Below, one piece after another: positions 56,658-64,000 of a DNA stretch of 64,000 nucleotides; the stretch's first letter is position 1, and each line of letters starts with the position of its first letter. Both the position numbers and the translations under genes were made by a program. This DNA comes from TPA_inf: Saccharomyces (Eukaryota): the NCBI GenBank assembly GCA_000146045.2, contig BK006942.2, positions 160,001-224,000 on the forward strand, given 5' to 3'. The notes under the pieces were generated by a model that did not search any database, had not been told where the DNA came from, and worked only from the letters and a program-made list of their open reading frames with translations.

Positions 56658-57548
56658 ATGGATTACTTTAATATCAAGCAGAATTACTACACGGGGAACT
56701 TCGTGCAATGTTTGCAGGAAATAGAGAAGTTTAGCAAGGTCACAGATAACACCTTATTATTCTACAAGGCGAAAACCCTTTTAGCTCTAGGCCAATATCA
56801 ATCACAAGATCCTACCTCTAAGCTTGGCAAGGTACTAGACTTGTACGTCCAGTTCTTAGATACAAAAAACATTGAAGAATTAGAAAATTTGTTAAAGGAT
56901 AAACAGAATTCACCATATGAATTATATCTGTTAGCCACGGCTCAAGCTATCTTGGGTGACTTAGATAAAAGTTTGGAGACATGTGTAGAAGGGATTGACA
57001 ATGACGAAGCAGAAGGGACTACAGAATTATTGCTGCTTGCCATCGAAGTCGCTTTGTTAAACAACAACGTTTCGACCGCGTCCACCATCTTTGATAACTA
57101 CACTAATGCTATTGAGGATACTGTTTCCGGTGACAACGAAATGATTTTAAACCTGGCTGAATCGTACATTAAATTTGCCACAAACAAAGAAACGGCAACA
57201 TCCAACTTTTACTACTATGAAGAGCTATCTCAAACCTTTCCTACTTGGAAAACTCAATTGGGATTGCTCAATTTGCATTTACAGCAAAGAAACATAGCTG
57301 AAGCTCAGGGTATTGTCGAGCTATTACTATCTGACTACTATAGCGTCGAACAAAAAGAAAACGCCGTATTGTACAAACCTACTTTCTTAGCAAACCAAAT
57401 TACGCTTGCTCTTATGCAAGGTCTTGATACTGAAGATTTAACAAATCAATTGGTTAAATTGGATCACGAACATGCATTCATCAAGCATCACCAAGAAATT
57501 GACGCAAAATTCGATGAATTAGTGAGGAAATATGATACGTCCAACTGA
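56658..57548 (+). CDS. SEC28: Epsilon-COP subunit of the COPI coatomer, 296 aa
   Basis: The ORF frame extends upstream to 56463 from a non-ATG start. The first ATG at 56658 (MDYFNIKQNYYTGNF) gives the known 296 aa. The protein is TPR-like and helical. Confidence 0.9.
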   Translation: MDYFNIKQNYYTGNFVQCLQEIEKFSKVTDNTLLFYKAKTLLALGQYQSQDPTSKLGKVLDLYVQFLDTKNIEELENLLKDKQNSPYELYLLATAQAILGDLDKSLETCVEGIDNDEAEGTTELLLLAIEVALLNNNVSTASTIFDNYTNAIEDTVSGDNEMILNLAESYIKFATNKETATSNFYYYEELSQTFPTWKTQLGLLNLHLQQRNIAEAQGIVELLLSDYYSVEQKENAVLYKPTFLANQITLALMQGLDTEDLTNQLVKLDHEHAFIKHHQEIDAKFDELVRKYDTSN

Positions 57549-57862
57549 TTTACGTAATATCTCACATTAAACATGTAGGTTTTTTAGAAAAAGAAAAAAA
57601 TATTTCATGTATATGCCTATATACTATTTTGATAAAGCCGAATAAGATGGTACCATAAATGAGGTTGACATGGCTTGAACAAAATCATATAAAGTATAAT
57701 TAACAAAGCGGAAACAACATTTGTCACGTTAGAATTATGCGTAAAGTAGCTAATCCTGGCAGAATAATTCAATGATTTTTTTTTAAAAGTATGTACACTA
57801 TTATTTATTTTCTGGCATTTTGAACTAATTCTTCATTTTCTGTACGACCATGCACCCTTGAT

Positions 57863-60700
57863 CTAAGCACTAGGGAAGTCGACATTATCATCGACCTTAA
57901 ATGGGGTTGGAAGTGGAGCGTTAACATCTTTCATTTGCCTAACAGTTTCAATTAGTGCTACAGGTTCCTTGGGTTCCCTATCTCTTAAAACCACCACACC
58001 GTTATTTCCTTTGAATTTACGTACAGGAACAAATCTGTCGTCCTTAATAAAGGAAATATATCTCGATTGTTGTGGTAGTATACGGGTCATATTGTCGACT
58101 TTATAAGGTTTAGAAGAGTACTTATTTTTGTAAAATTCTTCGTCGTTTTCTTTTGTTTCTTTTATGCCTTTTTTATTCGTCTCTCTTTCCTTTTCTTTTT
58201 CCTCATGCTCTTTTTTCTTTTCTTCCTCATTTGGACCCTTTTCCTTCTTTGTCTTCTTTGCCCTTGCTTTTGCTCTTGCTGTCGTGGAAAGAACAGCTGT
58301 TGCTACCTTCTCTACCTCCTTACCACTTGCTTCCTCATACATCCTCGGATAACTGAATGCATCTTCTTTAGCGTAACAATTCATTTGAAATTTGGGTATA
58401 GCTTGATCGCTACCACGAATACCAATGACAGTTGTTGGTGTAAAAGAAAGGGATAAAAAGTGAGCCAGTGGGAACCAGTACCAGAATTGTGAGAACATGA
58501 CCAAACCAACTACGGACTTGGTATCCAATGTGCCTGTATCCGCATTTTCCAGCTGAATTGTAACATTACGCCCACCGGCATTCATTATACCTTGGGCCAC
58601 ACATGCACCGAATTTGGCTAAACCTTCTTGGTGTTTGTTTGTAATCACGCTCAAAAAATTTTTGTTAATATCAGCAACTTGAGGGTTTAGTTTTTCTGTT
58701 TGTTGAATCAAAATCATGGATAAAGCTATCATGGCAGCCTGACGAACAAAATCTACTGGGTCCTTTGTTAGCGGATCTAAAACGTCAATAGCTGATTGTA
58801 AACCCTTGCCGGCACAAGCAATCCCAAGAGCAAATGCGGTACCACATCTGACATGAGCGTTATGCGATTTAGATAGAAGTTGGACAATCCTTGGTACAGT
58901 GGTATAATCACGCAAGAGAACAAACCCTAATGCGATGACTGCTGCCCTTCTGACATCATCGTTAGAATCCGAGACTGCCACATGCAGTAATCTCTTGACA
59001 GCTGAATTATTTCCCGTACCCGCATACGCTAACGCGATTGTGAATGCACCTCCATAGCGTAACAAGGACTCATCACTTGCTAACATCTTAGTAATTAAAT
59101 CATCAGCTAACTCTTGACGGCCGTAATTTATCAGTGCTAAACCAACGGCTAGACCACGAGTAATATTGCCATGCTGCGTTTCTTGGGAATATGTAAACAT
59201 ATCGTGAATCGCTTCAGGCTTACCTGTTCCGAGCATACAGAGACCCATACCTAATGCAGCTGCTTCTCCAGATGTGGCAGAATCGTTGTACAGAACTTCC
59301 TTTAAGGCTTCATAAACTTCAATATTAGCAGAACCCATAGCAGCAAGACCGATACCCAGTGAAGCACCATGTAACAATACATCTACGTCTTCATCGCCTG
59401 AAGTTCCGCTATTCTCAACTATTATGTTTTTCAGATAGTCAGTTGTATCACGACCAAAGCCAGCATAAATTAAACCCAAACCATACAATGAACCACCTTT
59501 GATAAACCTAGAAGAAGCTCGACTGCCTGGCAAGTAAGGGGCCATGACTTTTTTACCCTCCAATAAATTGCCTTTATGAATTACACCTAAAGAGGCTGTA
59601 GCTGTAAATTTAGCCCAATTTTGAGCCTTACCTAACCATGGCAAGTTCGCCTTGATAAATGAATTGTCGGTAGTACCAGCGTGCATAAAACCGTTGGCAA
59701 CGCTGACTGCGGTGTGGAACAAAGAAAATTTCCCATCCAAAGATGATTTAGACTTGTTTAAAAGACCGATGTCAATGTTTTTATTATTCAAAAGGAAGGT
59801 ATTGTAATAATCACAAGTCGGTAGCCCAGATAGAATATTCAATAAGGCAGGATCGTAACCCTGGGCAGTTAGTTCGGTTACTAAAATCTCAAGCAACTGC
59901 TGAGACGCAGACGAAACCAAATCAAATGCAATTTGAGCAGATAATCCTTCATCGTTCTCTTCCTTTAATTTTTTAAATAGCTGAAGTGCCAATCCGGCGT
60001 CATTCAAATTTACAACTACTTTATTGAGCGTTAAGTAATCGCAGTTAGGCATATTCATTAGGAAATCAAATGATTTTCTCAATATCGAGGATCTGAACTT
60101 GGAATTTGTCACAGTAGTTATAGCTAAGGTCAATAAGTAGTTAATAATTTTAACGTTTTCAGAAGTGGAATCCTGATCCAATTTGCTCTTTAAAGCACTT
60201 TCAATGATATCCAATCTGTAACCTTCTAAGGCAATTCCTAAAGCTAATTTTAATTCTGAAGCTTTCAAACATTTTTCTATCATTCGCTCAAAAATAGAGG
60301 TTAATTTTGGGTCAATAATATCCTTGGTGTAAAATTGTTCGTCCTTAGTGTATTGCTTGGAAGCCTCTTGGACGTACATCTCAATACTCTTTGAGACTAT
60401 AGTTTCAACAAATTGTGACTTTTCGTCTATATCAAAACGATCCTTTGCGGCAAGTGCATACTTCACAGCCGATTCGTATTCACCAAGATTGTAATAAACT
60501 TTGGATGCAATCAAAGCAGCCATTTCACGGTCTGAAAAGGTATCGTCATCATACAATGCCTCAATATCCGGCAGTTCATTCGAGATCTCAGACCATAATT
60601 GGTCCACAACATTATTTATAGATTCTAGGGCATATGTTTTAACAGAATCTTGATTCTCTCTCAACAATGCTAAAAGAGGAGCAGCAGTCGTCAAAGACAT
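57863..60700 (-). CDS. RPN2: 26S proteasome regulatory subunit Rpn2 (PC-repeat toroid), 945 aa
   Basis: PC repeats (LGLALGIACAG, GAALGMGLCMLG and others) and a C-terminal Lys/Glu-rich tail. Confidence 0.95.
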   Translation of the reverse strand: MSLTTAAPLLALLRENQDSVKTYALESINNVVDQLWSEISNELPDIEALYDDDTFSDREMAALIASKVYYNLGEYESAVKYALAAKDRFDIDEKSQFVETIVSKSIEMYVQEASKQYTKDEQFYTKDIIDPKLTSIFERMIEKCLKASELKLALGIALEGYRLDIIESALKSKLDQDSTSENVKIINYLLTLAITTVTNSKFRSSILRKSFDFLMNMPNCDYLTLNKVVVNLNDAGLALQLFKKLKEENDEGLSAQIAFDLVSSASQQLLEILVTELTAQGYDPALLNILSGLPTCDYYNTFLLNNKNIDIGLLNKSKSSLDGKFSLFHTAVSVANGFMHAGTTDNSFIKANLPWLGKAQNWAKFTATASLGVIHKGNLLEGKKVMAPYLPGSRASSRFIKGGSLYGLGLIYAGFGRDTTDYLKNIIVENSGTSGDEDVDVLLHGASLGIGLAAMGSANIEVYEALKEVLYNDSATSGEAAALGMGLCMLGTGKPEAIHDMFTYSQETQHGNITRGLAVGLALINYGRQELADDLITKMLASDESLLRYGGAFTIALAYAGTGNNSAVKRLLHVAVSDSNDDVRRAAVIALGFVLLRDYTTVPRIVQLLSKSHNAHVRCGTAFALGIACAGKGLQSAIDVLDPLTKDPVDFVRQAAMIALSMILIQQTEKLNPQVADINKNFLSVITNKHQEGLAKFGACVAQGIMNAGGRNVTIQLENADTGTLDTKSVVGLVMFSQFWYWFPLAHFLSLSFTPTTVIGIRGSDQAIPKFQMNCYAKEDAFSYPRMYEEASGKEVEKVATAVLSTTARAKARAKKTKKEKGPNEEEKKKEHEEKEKERETNKKGIKETKENDEEFYKNKYSSKPYKVDNMTRILPQQSRYISFIKDDRFVPVRKFKGNNGVVVLRDREPKEPVALIETVRQMKDVNAPLPTPFKVDDNVDFPSA

Positions 60701-61080
60701 CTTTTCCGGTTATATTTGAACTCAATCTATTCTGGGTGGTCTTTTACTGGATAGAGTTCCACAATTTTTTTTCCCTTGGATTCAAAGCATTATACTTTTA
60801 TGTATCCAGTTTTGCCACCGAAAATAAATGAAATGCGCCCTTCTCCTATTGAAAAGCAATATGCTATTACCCGCACTAAACCCTCGAAATAATGGCAATA
60901 AGAGGCAGATCGAAAAAGCTCGACAGATTATCGTCCATGAATCGTGAGACAGCACTTTGTGGAGTTTAATGGGCAATCAAAGGCTATTTTTTTACTCGAT
61001 TCCGTTTCAACATATCTTACATACTATGAAGATAGGGGAGGATTTTAAATCTATACATATATTTTTATTTATCTGAGTAA

Positions 61081-62490
61081 TTAGTATAATAACCTGATGG
61101 AAACTTTGGCAGAAGTTTGGTTCAACTTTTCATATATATCCTTGATTTCACTTTGATTAACAGAAGAGATGTCTGCCATTAGATAAGCGATCTCGCCGTG
61201 AGAATCAGAAAACTGTTTCTCGATATTATGATCGGATAAGATATCATTAACGGTCTTCAAAACACCAGGAACGTTACGATGAATATACAAGACACGTACT
61301 GTGTTCTCTTGATCGTAGTCCAAAGACTTCAAACTGACTTCTGGGAAGTTCACAGAACCGACAGAGTTACCTTCATTGATGTATTTGGACAATGCAGTAG
61401 CCACCTCAATACCGATTGAACTTTGAGCTTCTTCTGTAGAGCCACCAATATGTGGTGTCAGGATTATATTTGGTAATGAAACCAACTCAGAAGTCCAGCT
61501 GTTAAGTTCATCGTTAAATGAACCTTCACCGTTCTTAGCTGGTTCATGTGGATAAACATCTAAAGCAGCACCTGCAATTTTGTTGGCCTTGACGGCTTGG
61601 ATCAGAGATGGAATGTCCACGACAGTACCTCTTGAGGCATTAATAACATAAGCCCCGTCCTTCATAGCAGCGAATTGTGGAGCAGATAACATTTTTTCAG
61701 TTTCTGGAGTAGCTGGTACATGTAGTGTTACAAAATCAGATTTATTCAACAATTCATCTAATGTAGAAACTTGTCTGGCAGTACCTAAGGCCATAATTGT
61801 CACGATATCATAGTATAGCACATGCAGGCCCATAGCTTCTGCAAGAACTGATAATTGCGAACCAATGTGACCATACCCAATAATACCGAGAGTTTTTCCT
61901 CTTACTTCCCAACACCTAGCAGCGACTTTATTCCATGTACCTGTATGCAGTTCAATGGATCTATCACCTAATTGTCTTGCTAAACTAATGATCTCACCAA
62001 TTACCAATTCTGCTACGGATCTTGAATTGGAGAATGGCGAATTGAAAACAGCAATACCTTTACTAGCGGCATATTTTAGGTCTACTTGATTGGTACCTAT
62101 GCAAAAACAACCAATACAAACTAGATTCCTGGCATGCTGTAGTATTTTTTCAGTCAATCTAGTTTTGGATCTTATACCGATAGCGTGTACGTCTTTGATT
62201 TTTTCAATCAATTCATCCTCAGGTAGAGAAGACTTGTGGAACTCTACTTGGTAACCCTGATCCTTGAAGATTTTGATTGCAGTTGCATTGACATTTTCCA
62301 ACAGTAGAATATTCATGTCACCAGTAGAAAAAGGTTTTAAAGCCTTTGGTTGCTTTGTAATGCTTACACGACGAGGTAGTGTGTTCATAAATGACTGAGT
62401 TGGTGAGGTTGAGACTGCACCAGGAGAGCCAGAAAAGTTCATGGCACGTTGGAATGAATCTTGTAAATTATCGGCAGCTGAATAAGACAT
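61081..62490 (-). CDS. SER33: D-3-phosphoglycerate dehydrogenase (serine biosynthesis), 469 aa
   Basis: NAD-binding motif GIIGYGHIGSQL, 2-hydroxyacid dehydrogenase catalytic residues, and a C-terminal ACT domain. Confidence 0.93.
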   Translation of the reverse strand: MSYSAADNLQDSFQRAMNFSGSPGAVSTSPTQSFMNTLPRRVSITKQPKALKPFSTGDMNILLLENVNATAIKIFKDQGYQVEFHKSSLPEDELIEKIKDVHAIGIRSKTRLTEKILQHARNLVCIGCFCIGTNQVDLKYAASKGIAVFNSPFSNSRSVAELVIGEIISLARQLGDRSIELHTGTWNKVAARCWEVRGKTLGIIGYGHIGSQLSVLAEAMGLHVLYYDIVTIMALGTARQVSTLDELLNKSDFVTLHVPATPETEKMLSAPQFAAMKDGAYVINASRGTVVDIPSLIQAVKANKIAGAALDVYPHEPAKNGEGSFNDELNSWTSELVSLPNIILTPHIGGSTEEAQSSIGIEVATALSKYINEGNSVGSVNFPEVSLKSLDYDQENTVRVLYIHRNVPGVLKTVNDILSDHNIEKQFSDSHGEIAYLMADISSVNQSEIKDIYEKLNQTSAKVSIRLLY

Positions 62491-62936
62491 GTTAGGGAGG
62501 AAATACCCGAAATCAGTGTTTGTTACTTTTTAATGTTACAATAATCTACAGCTAAAACAGACAAAGTATTTTTTAATGTAGTAGCTCGTAACCTTCTTAT
62601 GTATTAAACCTGGGAGATTCCATTAGTTTTCATAACGGTGACTCGTTTCCAGCGTGAAGAATCTAGCCCACAATTAATCTGAGCGCTGTCCGGCTGACGG
62701 CCAAATTCTTCGGTGTAAAGAAAAAAATGTGGCATTTTGTGTATATTTGGCAAGAACAAGAGTGTAATATTATTGATAGTGCACGTGACATTATGAAAAA
62801 CAATAGCACTTATTAACTATGCTAAAAATTTTGTAGCTACCGATTCTATCACGCTTCCTGGTACGGGTGCAGGCAAAGATTGCTAGGGAATTAAGGGTCA
62901 GCCAGTATAAACGACAGTAAATGGAATAAAAAAGGT

Positions 62937-64000
62937 TTATTTAGCAATACTATTGATATCGATATTTGCCGAACTTGCTAAAGACTCCCATAAAGAGTAC
63001 AATTGCTCCTGCAAGCCTTCATTAACCATGTTTGCGAACCCCATTGAATGTTTACACCAAACAATTCCATTGCTTTTGTTGTCTTTGATTATGTAATTGA
63101 CGCCGATATTCCAACAGTAAGTGGCTATAGTTTCTAACTCTGTTTGAAGGACACCATCTGTGTCTTGAAGACTTGATTGATTTATATTTAGGATCTTAAG
63201 AACCCTATCCAATATGCGTAGTTCGACCTCATGGTTAAGATTAATTGCATTTTCCAGTAAAATTCGCAGCCAGCTACAGAGTTCCCGTTCTTTCACTTCA
63301 GGGCCCATGTTTCTTTTTAATACTGTTTCAAGTATCTCTATGAGAACTCCTTTAGGTAAATCTTCCATATTCGACGAGATATCAATAAGTAGCGCATCCA
63401 CGCGGCTATCTTGATACAATTCCGTTTTCTTCAATATGTCCAGAATCCTAGTTTGATCAGGCATCATTAAGGCACTTTCCAGATGTATAGTCAACGCCTC
63501 CAGGAAACATTCATGTAATGTATTTCTATCTTCCAATGATGACCCATCCTTAAATTCCGAGCTTTTCTTCATAACATTTATGCTATTAACCAACTCTTCT
63601 GACTTCTCATAAATATCCCAATCCTTTTGGTGTTGGTCTTGCTTTGCTTTTTCTTTGGCTATTATCAACTGCAAGATTGTGGCTTTGAACCTCCAATATG
63701 TGAAATGATACATTTTCGGGAAAGTGAAGTCTTGGACCGGAATAAGGTCAATAAATTGAATGCAATACTGGGGAAACTCGGAGATGGATTCACAGGACTG
63801 ATCAACTAAGCATTTTACAGCCACATTATAGGAAAAAGAGGCAAACCACTCGATTTCGTTTACAGCCACTGATTGCTGATATATTGCTTCCTTCTCAACG
63901 TCTGGTGGTAATTGATTTAGTAACTTTACAGTTTTGAGAAACTCGACAGCCTTCTGTAAAAGTTTCTGTACTGTTGGTAAATAATTTATGAAGGTTTCTA
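62937..64000 (-). CDS. SPO22: Meiosis-specific synaptonemal-complex (ZMM) protein; 3' part only, as the gene continues past the window edge
   Basis: The frame is open from 62937 to the window end. The apparent M at 63869 is a GTG, so this is not the true start. SPO22 is about 975 aa with its intron near the 5' end, which lies outside the window. Confidence 0.8.
   Translation of the reverse strand, partial: ETFINYLPTVQKLLQKAVEFLKTVKLLNQLPPDVEKEAIYQQSVAVNEIEWFASFSYNVAVKCLVDQSCESISEFPQYCIQFIDLIPVQDFTFPKMYHFTYWRFKATILQLIIAKEKAKQDQHQKDWDIYEKSEELVNSINVMKKSSEFKDGSSLEDRNTLHECFLEALTIHLESALMMPDQTRILDILKKTELYQDSRVDALLIDISSNMEDLPKGVLIEILETVLKRNMGPEVKERELCSWLRILLENAINLNHEVELRILDRVLKILNINQSSLQDTDGVLQTELETIATYCWNIGVNYIIKDNKSNGIVWCKHSMGFANMVNEGLQEQLYSLWESLASSANIDINSIAK

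Noticed and set aside
58153-58456. Three overlapping + strand ORFs of 62-83 aa, rich in Phe, Leu and Ser
   Set aside because: They are antisense to the Lys/Glu-rich C-terminal tail of RPN2, so they are low-complexity artefacts.
62937-63869. Apparent complete 310-aa ORF at the window edge
   Set aside because: The M at 63869 is a GTG codon. The frame stays open to position 64000, so this is a 3' fragment of the much longer SPO22 gene, not a complete gene.

Overview
This window is eukaryotic, not prokaryotic. The gene order, protein sequences and repeat content match Saccharomyces cerevisiae chromosome IX left arm, from YIL108W through YIL073C, roughly the 160-224 kb interval of the S288C reference. 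That placement comes from recognising the proteins and their order; I cannot verify it without tools.

The window holds about 36 protein-coding genes, all with ordinary yeast spacing. One is spliced (MOB1, 85-nt intron). Four tRNA genes are present: tT(AGU), tE(CUC) and two inverted copies of tI(AAU).

A full-length Ty3 retrotransposon (5428 bp) sits 17 bp upstream of the + strand tI(AAU). It has identical 340-bp sigma LTRs, a 5-bp target-site duplication (GAACA), intact GAG3 and GAG3-POL3 reading frames, and the GCG-AGU-U +1 frameshift site. A Ty4 tau solo LTR (371 bp, perfect GTAAT target-site duplication) and a degenerate inverted Ty1/Ty2 delta solo LTR lie upstream of tE(CUC). There are also several homopolymer and microsatellite tracts.

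The ORF track uses non-ATG starts (TTG/GTG translated as M). Several ORFs were therefore trimmed to the first ATG, which reproduces the known protein lengths.

I find no CRISPR array, no operon, and no evidence of an undescribed system. The items most worth a second look are the Ty3 and its in-frame 78-bp tandem repeat, the cluster of retrotransposon insertions upstream of tE(CUC), the MOB1 intron (non-consensus branch point, skipped proximal AG), and the poorly characterised ORFs YIL108W, YIL092W, YIL089W and YIL102C.
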